64,000 bases of DNA from the human T2T-CHM13v2.0 reference genome, Homo sapiens (GCA_009914755.4 CP068257.2:192001-256000); one strand, 5' to 3'; shown: positions 34,401-47,289, counted from the first letter of the stretch. The notes: generated by a model from the sequence alone, not told the origin. Numbers and translations are program-made.

Positions 34401-37400
34401 CCTCACTTCCCCTCATGGGCCTTCTGTCCGACTTGGGGTACCCCTAGCCGCCCTAGGCACACACTGGACTCGAACCAGGGGTGCCAGAGTCCCTAGGGCT
34501 CAGCGCAAGGGTTCATGGGAATACACTTTCGTCCGTGGGGGACCCAGTCCTCAATTCTCGGTGGCGCAGTTTTTTTTTCTCTGCCACAGGTACCTCACCT
34601 TCCCCTCATGGGCCTTCTGTACACCTTGGGGTACCCCTAGCGGCCCGAGGCATACCCTGGGCTCGAACCAGGGATGCCAGGGTACCCGGGGCGCAGCGCA
34701 AGGGCTGATGGGGAGACACTTTCTTCCGTGGGGGACCCAGGCCCCGCTTCTCTGAGGCGCGTTTTTTTTTTCCTCTGCCCCAGGTGGGTCACCTTCCCCT
34801 CATGGGCCTTCTGCCCGCTTTGGGGTACCCCTAGCGGCCCCAGGCACACACTGGGCTCGAATAAGGGTCGCCAGGTTCCCCGGGGCCCAGCGCAAGGGTT
34901 GATGGGAAGACGCTTTCACCCGTGGGGGACCCAGGCCCCGCTTCTCCGCAGTGCGGTTTTTTTTTTGTTTGCCCTAGGTGACTCACCTTCCCCTCATGGG
35001 CCTTCTGTCTGCTTTGGGTTACCCCTAGCAGGCCAGAGGTGCACCCTGGATTCCAGCCAGGGATGCCAGGGTCCCCGGGGCCCAGTGCAGGGGCTGATGA
35101 GAAGGCATTTTCGTCCGTGGGGTACCCAGGCCCTGCTTCTCTGTGGCGCAGTTTTATTTTTTTCTTTTCTGCCACAGGTGCCTTACCTCTCCTCCCTCAA
35201 ACCTCACCTTCACCTCATAGGCTTTCTGTCCGCCATGGGGTACCCCAAGAGGCCCGAAGCGCACCCTGGTCTTGAACCAGGGATGCCAGGGTCCCCTGGG
35301 CCCAGCTCAGGGGCTGATGGGAAGACACTTTCATCCGTGGGGGACCCAGGCCCCGCTTCTCCGTGGCAGTTTTTTTTTTCTCTGCCTCAGGTGCCTCACC
35401 TTCCCCTCATGGGCCTTCTGCCCGCTTTTTGGTACCCCTAGCGAGCCCAAGGCGCACCCTGGGCTCGAACGAGGGTCGCCATGGTCGACGGGGCCCAGCG
35501 CAGGGGCTGATGGGAAGGCACTTTCATCCGTGGGGGACCCAGGCCCCGCTACTCCGTGGTCCAGTTTTTTTTTTTTTTTTCCTCTGCCCCAGGTGCCTTA
35601 CCTTTCCTCCCTCAAACCTCACCTTCCACTCCTGGGCTTTCTGCCTGCGTTGGAGTACCTCTAGCGACCCGAGCACACCCTGGGCTCGAACCAGAGACGC
35701 CACGGTTCCTGGGGCCCAGTGCAGGGGCTGATGGGAAGACACTTTCGTCCGTGGGGGACCCAGGGCCCGCTTCTCGGCGGCGCGGTTTTTTTTCTCTGCC
35801 CCAGGTGCCTCACCTTCCCCTCAGGGGCCTTCTGCCTACGTTGGGATACCCTAGCAGTCCCGAGGCGCACCCTGGGCTCTAACCAGGGACGCCAGGGTCC
35901 ACAGGGCCCAGCTCAGGGGCTGATGGGAAGACACTTTCGTCTGTGGGGGACCCAAGCTCTGCTCCTCCGCAGGGTTGTTTTTTATTTTTTTCTCTTCCCC
36001 AGGTGGCTCACCTTCCCTTCATGGGCTTTCTGCTCGCCTTTGGGTACCCCTAGTGGGCCTGAGGCTCACCCTGGTTTCGAGCCAGGGATGCTAGGGTCCT
36101 CGGGGCCCAGCGCAGCGCTGATGGGAAGGGATTTCTGTCCGTGGGGGACCCAGGGCCCGCTTCTCCGAGGTGAGTTTTTTTTTTTTCTGCCGCAGGTGCT
36201 TCACCTCTCCTCCCTCAAACCTCACCTTCCCCTCATGAACCCTCTGCCCGCCTAGAGGTACCGCTAGCGGCCCAAGGCACACCCTGTGGCTGAACCAGGG
36301 ACGCCAGGGTCCCTGCGGCCCAGCACAGGCGCTGATGGGAAGACACTTTCTTTCGTGGAGGACCCAGGCCCCGTTTCTCAGTGGCGTGGATTTTTTTCTC
36401 TGCCCGGGTGCCTCACCTTCCTCTAATGGGCCTTTTGCCCGCTTTGGGTTACCTCTAGCAGGCCCTATTCGCACCCTGGGCTCGAACCAGGGTCGCAGTG
36501 TCCACGAGGTCCAGCGCAAGGCCTGATGGGAAGGCACTTTCGTCAGTGGGGGACCCAGGCCTCGCTTCACTGTGGCGTGTTTTTTGTGTGTGTGTGTGCC
36601 ACAGGTGCCTCACCTTCCCCTCATGGGCTTTCTGTCCACCTTGGGGTACCCCCAGCTGCCCGAGGCGCACCCTCGTCTCAAATCAGGGATGCCAGGGTCC
36701 CTGGGGCCCAGCGCAGGGCCTGATGGGGAGGCACTTTCGTCTGTGGGGGACCCATGCCCTGCTTCTCCGTGGCGCGGTTTTTTTTTTTTTTCCTGCCACA
36801 GGTGCCTCACCTCTCCTTCCTCAAACCTTACCTTCCCCTTATGGGCCTTCTGTCTGCCTTGGGGTACACCTAGCGGCCCGAGGTGCACTGTGGGCTCGAA
36901 CCAGGGACTCCAGGGTCCCTGAGGTCCAGGGCAAGGCCTGATGGGAAGACACTTTCGTCCGTGTGGGGGACCCAGTCCCCGCTTCTCCGCGGCGAGGTTT
37001 TTTTTTCCTCTGCCCCAGGTGCCTCACCTTCCCCTCTTGTGCCTTCTGCACGCTTTGGGGTACCCCTAGCGGCCCGAGGCACACCCTGGGCTCGAACCAT
37101 GGAAGCCAGGTTCCACGGGGCCAAGCACAGTGGCTGATGGGAAGACACGTTCTTCCTTGGGGACCCAGGCTCTGCTTCTCTGCAGCGTTTTTTTTTTCTT
37201 TCCCCCAGGTGACTCACTTTCCCGTCATGGGCTTTCTGCCCGCCTTGCGGTACCCATAGCGGGCCCGAGGCGCACCCTGGTTTTGAGCCAGGGATGCTAG
37301 GGTCTCCGGGGCCCAGTGCAGGGCTGATGGGTAGGGACGTTCGTCCATGGGGGACCCAGGCCCCACTTCTGGGCGGTGCAGTTTTTTATTTTTTTCTCTG

Positions 37401-39950
37401 CCCCAGGTGTCTCACCTTTCCCTCATGGGCCTTCTGTCTGTCTTGGGGTACCCCTAGCAGGCCGAGGTGCACGCTGGGCTTGAGCCAGGGATACCAGGGT
37501 CCCCGGGGCGCAGTGCAAGCACTGATGGGAAGACAGTTTCTTCTGTGGGGGACCCAGGCCCCGCTTATCCGCGGCGCGGTTGTTGTTTTTTTTTTTCTCT
37601 GCCCCACGTGCGTCACCTTCCCCTCATGGGCCTTCTGCCCGCTTTTGGGTACCCCTAGCAGCCTGAAGCCCACCCTGGTCTCGAACCAGGAATGCCAGGG
37701 TCCCCTGGGCCCAGCGCAAGGGCTGATGGGAAGACACTTTCGTCCGTTGGGGACCCAGGCTCTGCTCCGTGGTGCAGTTTTTTTTTTTCTGCCACAGGTG
37801 CCTCACCTCTCCTTCCTCAAACCTCAACTGCCCCTCATGGGATTTCTGCCCGCCTTGTGGTGCACCTAGCGGGCCCGAGGCGCACCTGGGGCTCGAACCG
37901 GGGTCTCCAGCGTCCACAGGGCCCAGCGCAGTGACTGATGGGAAGGCATTTTCATCCGTGGGGGACCCAGGCCCAGCTTCTCCTAGGCGCGGCTTGTTTT
38001 CTTTTTTTTTTCTGCCACAGGTTCCTCACCTCTCCTCCCTCAAACGTCAACTTCCCATCATGGGCTTTCTGCCCGACTTGGGGTACCCCTAGTGGCCCAA
38101 GGCGCTCCCTGGACTCGAACCATGGATGCCAGGGTTGCTGGGGCCTAGCGCAGGGGCTGATGGGAAGGTACCTTCATCCGTGGGTAACCAGGCCCTGCTT
38201 CTCAAAGCTGCGTTTTTTTTTTCTCCGCCCCAGGTGCCTCACCTTCCCCTCATTGGCCTTCTGCCTGCTTTGGAGTACCACGAGCAGGCCCGAGGCACTC
38301 CCGGGTCTCCAACCAGGGTCGCCAGGTTGTCGGGGCCAGCGCAGGAGCTGATGGGAAGGCACTTTCATCAGTGGGGACCCAGGCCCGGCTTCTCCGAGGT
38401 GCTGATATATATATATATATTTTTTCTGCCACAGGTGACTCACCTCTCCTCCCTTAAATCTCACCTTCCCCTCATGGGCTTTCTGGCTTCCTTAGGGTAC
38501 CCTAGAGTGCCGGAGTCTCTTCTGGTCCTTGAACTAGGGTCGCCATGGTCCAGGGGGCCCAGCGCAGGGGCTGATGAGAAGGCACTTTCATCCGTGGGAG
38601 ACCCAGGCCCCGCTTCTCCTCGGCACGGTTTTTTTTTTCTGCCACAGGTGCCTCACCTCTCCTCCCTCAAACCTCACCTTCCCCTCATGGGCCTTCTGCC
38701 CGCTTTGGGGTACACCTAGCAGGCCCGAGGTGCACCCAGGCCTAGAACCAGGGTCGCCTGAGTCCACGGGGCCCAGCGCAGAGACTGATGGGAAGGCACT
38801 TTTTTTCCATGGGAGACCCAGGCCCCACTTCTCCGTGGCGCGGTTTCTTTTTCTTTTCTGCCACAAGTGTCTCACCTCTCCTCCCTCACAGCTCACCTTC
38901 CTCTCATGGACTTTCCACCACGTTGGGGTACCCCTAATGGCCCGAGGCTCTCCCTGAGCTCGAACCAGGGACTCTAGGTTCCCCGGGACCCAGCGCAGGG
39001 GCTGATGGGAAGGCACTTTCATCCGTGGGGGACCCAGGCCCCACCTCTCCGTGGCGCGGGTTTCTTTTTTTCTTTTTCTGTGACAGGTGCCTCACCTCTC
39101 CTCCCTCAAAACTCACCTTCCCCTCATGGGCTTTGTGTCCCCAAAGCCCCCCTTGGGGTGCACTTAGTGGCCGAGGCACACCCTGAGCTCGAACGAGGGA
39201 CACCAGGGTCCCTGGGTCCCAGTGCAGGGACTGATGGGAAGACACTTTCGTCCGTGGGGCACCCAGGCCGTGCTTCTCCGCAGCGAAGTTTTTCTTTTTT
39301 TCTCTGCCCCAGGAGCCTCACCTTCTCCTTAGGGGCTTTCTGCCCACCTTGGGGTACCCCTACTGTCCTGAGGCATACCCCATTGTCAAACCAGGGATGC
39401 CAGGGTCCCCAGGGCCCAGCAAAGGGGCTGATGGGATGGCACTTTCATCCGTGGGGGGCCCAGGCACTGCTTCTCGGCTGAGCGTTTTTTTTTCTCTGCC
39501 TCAGGTGCCTCACCTTCCCCTCATGGACCTTTTGTTCGCTTTGTGGTACCCCAAGCTGACCCGAGGCACACCCTGGGCTCGAACCAGGGTCGTCAGGGTC
39601 CACCAGGCCCAGCATAGGGCCTGATGGGAAGGCACTTTCATCCGTGGGGGACCCAGGTCCCGCTTCTCTGAGACGCGGTCCTCTTTTTTTTTTTTTCTGC
39701 CCCTGGTGCCTCACCTCTCCTCCCACAAACTTCAACTTCCACTCATGGGCCTTCTGTCCAAGTTGGGGTACCCCTAGTCGCCTGAGGCACACACTGGGCG
39801 TGAACCAGGGATGCCAGGGTCCCTGGGGCCCAGCGCAAGGGCTGATGGGAAAAAACTTTCGTCCCTGGATGACCCAGACACCGCTTCGCGGCGCATTTTT
39901 TTTTCTTCTTTGCCCCAGGTGTCTCACCTTCCCCTCATGGGCCTTCTGCC
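34400..39950. repeat. CpG-rich tandem repeat of about 195 bp, with a 218-bp variant carrying a 21-bp insert. It has about 27 copies, each with a T8-T16 tract and a GGTTCGAGCCC B-box-like hairpin on the minus strand.
   Basis: Poly-T tracts recur at intervals of 188-225 bp, at 34569, 34763, 34957 and onward to 39897. The conserved core is gggctcgaaccagggatgccagggtcc...ctgatgggaagacactttcgtccgtgggggacccaggccccgcttctccgtggcgcgg. Confidence 0.9.
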
Positions 39951-40262
39951 TCTCTGCGCCTTTCGCCAGCGCTGTGGGCCTCTCTGCACCTGCGCCGGCG
40001 CTGTGCGCCTTTGCGAGGGCGGAGCTGCGTTCTTCCCAGCACAGACAAGGAGAGCATCGCCAGGGCGGAGCTGAGTTCTCCTCTGCACAGACTTCAGAGA
40101 TACAGCGAAGGCGGAGCAGTGTTCTCCTCAGCACAGACCCAGGCGGGCCGGGGGCACTGCGAGGGCGGAGCTGCGTTCAGCTCAGCACAGACCCGGGGGA
40201 CACCGCTAAGGCAGAGCAGCGTTCTCAGCACAGACCTTTGGGGCACTGCCTCGCTTTGGGAC
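39950..40262. repeat. Tandem repeat of about 48 bp, five copies. The unit is ggcggagctgcgttct..cagcacagac.
   Basis: ggcggagc recurs at about 40018, 40063, 40119, 40163 and 40214. Confidence 0.8.
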
Positions 40263-40639
40263 AACTCGGGACCGCATAGACCGTGAATAAAATCCTTCCC
40301 TTTTGCAGCCCTGAATAATCAGGGTCAGAGACCAGTTAGAAGGGCTCAGTGTGGAAAAGGGAAGCCAAAAGCCCCTCTGAATCCTGCCCACCGAGGTTCT
40401 CCCCAGCCAAGCCGAGGCGGCCGCAGTGCGAGATCCACACCGCAGCCTCGGAAGACAAATGCAGCATTCCTAATGCAGACATGACACCCAAAATATGACA
40501 CCCCCATTGCTCATGTAACAAGCACCTGTAATGCTAATGCACTGCCTCAATACAAAAATATTAATATAAGATCCGCAATCCCCTTGCTGCCATGCAGTCC
40601 TAAGACAGAGATCATAATAATCAACATTGACATAGTACA

Positions 40640-40950
40640 AACCTAGTAACGAACCTAGGGTTAAGGTTGGTGTTAGGGTTAGGGGTTAGGGGTTAAGTTT
40701 AAGGTTAGGGGTTGGAGATAGGGGTTGGGGTCAGAGTTAAGAGTTAAGAGTCAACGTTTAGAGTTAGAGGTTAGGAGAGGTTAGGGGTTAGGGATAAGGG
40801 GTTAGGGTTGGATTAGTGTGAGGGTGAGGGTTGGGGTTAGGGGTTAGGCTTAGGGTTTACGGTTAAGGGTTAGGGTTAGGGTCAGGGGTTAGGGGTCAGG
40901 GTCAGGGGTTAAGGATCAGGGACAGGGGTCAGGGTCAGTTTCAGGGGTCC
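40640..40950 (+). repeat. Degenerate interstitial telomere-like (TTAGGG)n tract with the G-strand on the + strand.
   Basis: Direct read of ggttaggggttaggggttaagtttaaggttaggg...gggttagggttagggtcaggggttagggg. Confidence 0.85.
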
Positions 40951-43504
40951 CACTCTTTGAGTTGTCCATTTACTCTGCTGACAGTTCCCTTTGCCATGAA
41001 AAAGCTGTTTAGTTTAATTAAGTCCCAGCTATTTATCTTTGTTTTTATTGCATTTGCATTTGGGTTCTTGGTCATGAAATCCTTGCGTATGTCAATGTCT
41101 AGAAGGGTTTATCCAGTGTTATCTTCTAGAATTTTTATAGTTCAGGAATTAGATTTAAGTTCTTAATCCATCTTGAGTAGATTTTTGTATAAGATGAGAG
41201 ATGAGAATCCATTTTTATTCCCCTACATGTGGCTCGCCAATTATCCCAACAGCATGTGTTGAAAAGGGGGTCCTTTCCCCACTTTATGTTTTTGTTTGCT
41301 TTGTCGAAGATCAGTTGGCTGTAAGTATTTGGGTTAATTTCTGGGTTCTCTCTTCTGTTCCATTGGTCTATGTTCCTATTTTTAAACCAGTACGTTGGTG
41401 TTTTGGTAACTATGGCCTTATTGTACAGTTTGAAATCAAGTAGTGTGATACCTCCAGGTTCTTTTTGCTTAGGCTTGGTTTGGTTACATGGCTCTTTTTT
41501 GGTTCCATATTAATTTTAGAATTGTTTTTGTAATTCTGTGAAGAATGATGGTGGCATTCAGATGGGGATTGCATTGAATTTGTAGATTGCCTTTAACAGA
41601 ATGGTAATTTTCACAATATTGGTTCTACCCATCCATGAGCATGGGGATGCGTTTCCATTTGTGTGTGTCATCTATGATTTCTTTTCTTTCGTTTTTTTTT
41701 TTTTTTTTTTTTTTTTCAGAGGGAGTTTCGCTCTTGTCGCTGAGGTGGGAGTGCAATGGTGTGATCTCGGCTCACTACAACTTCTGCCTCCCGGGTTGAA
41801 GCGATTCTCCTGCCTCAGCTTCCCGAGTAGCTCGGATTATAGGCATGTGCCACCGTGCTTGGCTCCATCTATGATTTCTTTCAGTAGTGTTTTGTAATTT
41901 TCATTCTAGCTGTCCTTTGATTTCTTTGCTAGGTATATTCCTAAGTTTTGTTTTTTTGTTGTTGTTGTTTGTCGCAGCTATTGTAAAAGGGGTTGAGTTC
42001 TTGATGTGATTCTCTGCTTGGTAGCTGTTGATGTATGGAAGAGCTACTGATTTGTGTCCATTAATCTTGTATCTGGAAACTTTGCTGAATTCTTTTATCA
42101 GTTCTAGGAGGTTTCTAGAGGAGTCCGTAGGGTTTTCTAGGCAAAAGATTATATCATCAGCAACAAGTGACAGTTTGACTTCCTCTTTACCGATTTGGAT
42201 TTCCTCTATTTCCTTCTTTTGTCTGATTGCTCTGGCTAGGACTTCCAGTACTATGTTGAAGAGGAGTGGTGAGAGTAGGCTCCTCATCTTGTTCCAGTTC
42301 TCAAAGGGAATGCTTTCACCGTTTCCCCATTCAGTATTATGTTGGCTGTGGGTTTTTCATAGATGGCTTTTATTACATTAAGGTATGTCGCTTGTATGCC
42401 TATTTTGCTGAGAGCTTTAATCATAAAGCAATGCTAGATTTTGTCAAATGTTTTTTTCTGCGCCTGTTGATATAATTATATTAGATTTTTTTTAATTCTG
42501 TTTATTTGGTGTATCACACTTATTGACTTGCATATGTGAAACCACTCCTATATCATTGGTATAAAACCCACTTGATCATGCTGGATTATTTTTTGATATG
42601 TTGTCGGATTCAGTTAGATAGTATTTTGTTAAGGATTTTGGCATCTGCATTCATCAAGGATATTGGTCTGTAGTTTTCTTTTTTGGTTATGTCCTTCCAT
42701 GGTTTTGGTATTAGAGTGATGCTGGCTTCATAGAATGAATAAGGGAGGGTTTCTTCTTTCTCTGTTTTGTGGAATAGTATGAAAAGATTGGTATCATTTC
42801 TTCCTTGAATGAAAGAAGACATTCTTTGAATGTCTGGTAGAATTCTGCTGTGAATCTGTCTGGCCCTCAGCTTTTTTTGCTGGTAATTTTAAAATTACCA
42901 TTTCAATCTTACTGCTTGCTTTATTGGTCTGCTTGGGGTATCTAATTCTTCCTGATTTAAGCTAGGAGAGTTGTATTTTTCCAGGAATTTATCCAACTCT
43001 TCTAGGTTTTGTAGTTTATGTGCCAAAAGGTGTTCATAGTACCCTTGAATAATCTTTAATATTTCAGTGGTGTCAGTTGTAATATCCCGTTTCATTTCTT
43101 AGTGAGGTTATTTGGATTTTCTCTCTTCTTTTCTTGGTTAATCTTGCTAATGGTCTATCAATTTTATTTATCTTTTCAAATAAGCAACTTTTTGTTTTAT
43201 TTATGTTTTGTATTTGTTGTTGTTGTTGTTGTCGTTGTGTCAATTTCATTTAGTTCTGCTCTGATCTTTGTTATTTCCTGTGTTTGCTGGGATTGGGTTT
43301 GGCTTGTTCCTGCTTCTCTAGTTCCCTGAGATGTGAACTTAGATTGTCTGTTTGTGCTCTTTCAGACTTTTTGATGTAGGTTTTTAGGACTACAAACTTT
43401 GCTCTTAGCAGTGCCTTTGCTGTATCCCAGAGGTCTTGATAGGTTGTGTCATCCAGTTCGAAGAAATTTTTTACATTTCCATCTTGATTTCATTTTTCAC
43501 CCAA
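40937..43504 (-). mobile_element. L1 fragment carrying part of ORF2. It is truncated at its 3' end against the TTAGGG-like tract.
   Basis: Minus-strand ORFs 41901..42287, 42610..42822 and 42895..43095 encode L1 ORF2 reverse-transcriptase and endonuclease peptides ([14 protein letters not shown]..., [13 protein letters not shown]...). Confidence 0.9.
41693..41862 (-). mobile_element. Partial Alu inserted in the L1, flanked by the target-site duplication catctatgatttctt.
   Basis: The poly-T at 41693-41716 is followed by the reverse-complement Alu body. The 15-bp direct repeat sits at about 41664 and about 41866. Confidence 0.9.
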
Positions 43505-46500
43505 TGCTCATTCTGTGAGGAACAACCAAATTGTTTTCCGCAGCAAGGGCATCATTTTCTATTCCTAGCAGCCAGATCATGAGGACTCCAACTTCTCCAC
43601 CTCCTTAGCAACATTTATTTTCTGTGTCATTGTTATGAAAGCCTTACTTGTGGATGCAGAGTGGCATGAATGAAGTCAATTAACACGTTTATTACCTCAC
43701 AGAATAGTCACCTTTTTGTGTGCATGGGTGGGATAAGAAAACTTAACTCTATCCCCTGTGACGGAATAGTGGCCATTCCAGCTGCTCCAGGCTCCAGCAG
43801 AGGAAGACCGGGGTATGTGGCCCCACCAGGGTGACCCTCAGGCCTGGCGCGCACGCATTCCAGAGGCCACCCAAACCATGCTCCGCCATCTGGGCGCCCA
43901 AGCTGCCGTCGCCCTCTGTGTGCAGGCAGCAGCTGCCTGGCAACCCCTGAGCCCGCTCGCGCTCCTAGCATCACAGAAGCAGGGCCACGTGTCCCAGTGG
44001 CTGCAGCCAAGCCAGGCATTCTGCCCTGCGGCAGCAGCTGCACAGGAGCGAGAACTGAGAACCCACCGCTCAACCCCACACGAGGTGACTGCCGAGTGCC
44101 CATACAAACGGCTCCGATCTCCCTCAGGTGGAGGAGTGGGCGGGAGGCACGGCCTGGGGGCCCTCAGGCTGGGCGCGCTGGCGATCCCAAGGCCGACCAG
44201 GCCATGCACCTCCAGCCTGCCTGGGCACCCGAGCTGCAGCCGCCTTCTGCGTGCAGGCAGCAGCCTCCAGGCAACTCCCGAGCCCGCCCACACTCCCCAC
44301 ATCTCGGAAGCAGGGCCAAATGTCCCTGTGGCTGTGGCCAAGCCAGGCGGTCTCTCCTGCAGCAGCTGCACAGGGGCGGGAACCGGCCCTCAGCCCCATT
44401 CCCGGTGGCTGTAGAGGGCCCCTGGATAGAGATCTGGAGCTCTGACAGAGGAGGAGCCGGGCCGGGGCAGGGTCTGGCAGGCTCTCAGGCCAGGGGCACC
44501 TGTGATCCAGAGGCGGCCCAGGGCATGCTCCACCACCTGGGCACCCAGCTACAGGCGCCGGGCGACTCCCAAGCTGGCTGCCACGCCCAGCCTCGCAGAA
44601 CCGAGGCTAGATGTCGCCGTGGCTGCGACCAAGCCAGGCGGTCTTCCCAGGGGTGGCTGCACCGGGGCAGGAACCGACCCTCAGCCCCATCCCCGGTGGC
44701 TGCAGACGGACCCTGGGGCGGCCCCGATCTCTCTTCGGAGGAGGAGAGGGGCGGGAGTCACGGCCAGGCGGGCCCTCAGGCGGGAAGGAATGCGCGCCTG
44801 CGATTCCGGGACGTCCCGCGCCAGCCCAGGAAAACCCGCAAGCCAGCGGCGCCTGTTTCTCTGTGTGATTCTTTGAGGAACCACCAAACTGTTTTCCACA
44901 GCAAGTGCATCATTTTCTATTCCTAGCAGCCAGTTCATGAGGGCTCCAGTTTCTCCACTTCCTTAGCAACATTGATTTTCTGTGTCGTTGTTATGAAAGC
45001 CTTACTAGTGGATGCAAAGTGGCATCTCATTTGGGTTTTGCCTTGCATTTTATTAATGAATAATGGTGTTTAGCATCTTTTCTTTTCCTTCTTAGACATT
45101 TGTGTATCTTCTTTGGAGAAACGTCTGTTCAAGTCCTTTGCCTATTTTTTAATTGGGATCTTAGAAATTCTGTTGTTGAGTTGTGGGATATTAAGCTTTT
45201 ATCAGATACACATTTTGATTTTATCAGATACATATTTTCTCACATATTATGGGTTGTCTTTTCACTCCCTTGATAGTATCCTTTGATGCATAAAGGGTTT
45301 TTTATTTTGATTAAATCTAATTTTCGTGTATTTTCTTTTGTTATCTGTGCTTTTCTGTCATATTTCAAAATACACTTAAAACTCAAAGGTCATAAAGGTT
45401 TACCGTGTGTTTTCTTCTAAGAGTTACATATTTTTAGTCCTTACATTTAAGTCTTTTATTAATTTAGAATTAATTTTTGTATATACTGCAATGTAGGGGT
45501 CTAACTTCTCTCTTGTGCACTGATATCCAGCTGTTGAAGAAACTGTTCTTTCCTCCCTTGACTAGACTTGGCCACCTTGTTGAACAGTCATTGACCATAT
45601 ATGTGAGGACTAACTTGTAGGATCTCAAATCTGTTCTGTTGTATTGGTCTGAAAGTCTATTGGTCTTATTCCAGTACCACACTCTCTTGATTACTGTAGA
45701 TTTGTAGTAGGCTGTGAAACTGAAAAATGTGAGTTTTCCAATGTTCTTTTTCAAGACTGTTTTGTCTGTCAGATCCTTTGAATTTTTGTATGATTTTAGA
45801 ATGAGTTTCTTTGTTTCTGCAAAAATGCCTTTGGGATTTTGATGGTATTGCATTGAATCTGTAGATTACTTTAGATGGTATTGTCATCTTAACAATATTG
45901 TCTTACAACCCGTGAACACAGAATGTCTTTCCACTTATTTCCACTCTCTTTAGTTTTTTGCAGCAATGTTTTGTGTATACCACCATGGTTAGATTTATGC
46001 CTGAATAACGTATTCTTTGGTGTCATTATAAATGGAATTTTTAAAATGTTTTCATAGTTCTTTACAACTATATAGAAATATAGCTCATTTGCCTATGTTT
46101 GTTTGCATCCTGCCTCTTTTATTAGTTATAATCGGTTTTGTGTTTTGTTTGGAGCTTTATACCCATAAGATCATGTGTAGATATAATTTTACACCTATTC
46201 TTTATTTCTAATTTAGATGCCTTTTATTTCTTTGTCTTGCCTAATTGCTCTGGCTAGAACTGCCAGTGCTACGTTGAATACAAGTGGCAAATGCACCATC
46301 CTTTTCTTCTAGATGTTAGGAAAACAGCTTTCAGTGTTTCATCATTGATCATGATATTAACTGTTGGGTTTTTGTACATCCCATTGTCATGTTGCAGAAG
46401 ATCCCTTCTATGCCTAGTTTATTGAGTATTTTTATTATAGAAGGGTGTTATATTTCATCAATGTTTTCTCTGCATCAATTGAAATAGTCACGTGCTTATT

Positions 46501-47289
46501 CATTTTACTGTTACAGCATATTACACTGATTGATTTTTTATATGTTGAACCACCCTTGCATTTTGTGGATAAATCTCAAAGGGTGATAGTTTACAATCCT
46601 TTGATTATACAGAATTGCTGCTAGTATTTTGCTAGTATTGCTAGTATTTTGCTGAGATTTTTGCTTATATATTCATAAGGGATATAGTGCTGTATTTCTC
46701 TCTTTTGTGCTCTCTTTGTCTTTGGTATAAGGATAATGCTGTTATCAAAAAATGAATTAGCAAGTATTCCTTCTTCATATATTTTGTCAGAAGAGTTTGA
46801 GAATAAATGGTATTAATTCTTCTTTAAATGTTAGGTTGACTCACCAGTTAATGCAGCTATTTGGTCATAAATGTTTCTTTGTTAATCGCTTTCGATTACT
46901 AATTCAATCTCCTAGGTTATAGGTCTATTCAGATTTTCTCTTTCTTCTTGAGCCACTTTGGTAGTTTGTGTCTTTCTAGCGATTCATCCATTTCATCCAG
47001 GGCACCTAATTTGTTGCTAGACAGTTGTTCACAGTATACTCCTGTAATCCTTTTGTATTTCTGTAAAGTTGGTAGTAATGGCTCTGCTTTCATTTATTAT
47101 TTTAATAATTAGTCTTCCATCTTTTGCTCAGTCAATATAGTGAAAGGCTTGATCTTTCAAAGAATCTACATTTTTTCATTCTACTGCTCTCCAACCTTCT
47201 ATTTTATTGATTTATGCTCTAATTATGCTCTTTATTATTTCTTTCCTTCTGCTAGCTTTGGATTTAGTCTTCCACCTGGATTTATTTTG

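Noticed and set aside
32183-34406. Minus- and plus-strand ORFs of 60-99 aa across the 18-bp satellite, reading STWGLGIHLG..., PQVDIRPQ...
   Set aside because: They are periodic translations of a short tandem repeat, not genes.
34481-40391. Dozens of 60-255 aa ORFs on both strands through the 195-bp GC-rich satellite and the 48-bp repeats.
   Set aside because: GC-rich tandem repeats are open in many frames. The same peptide periodicity as the DNA repeat shows they are artefacts.
41901-43095. L1 ORF2-derived ORFs, and similar ones at 45470-45887 and 63702-63950, considered as possible active reverse-transcriptase genes.
   Set aside because: All are short fragments of 66-131 aa from truncated, Alu-interrupted L1 copies. 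No intact ORF1 or ORF2 is present.
43708-44938. ORFs up to 309 aa on both strands in the GC-rich triplicated block.
   Set aside because: High GC, repeat periodicity and no start or stop context. The block sits inside a dead L1.
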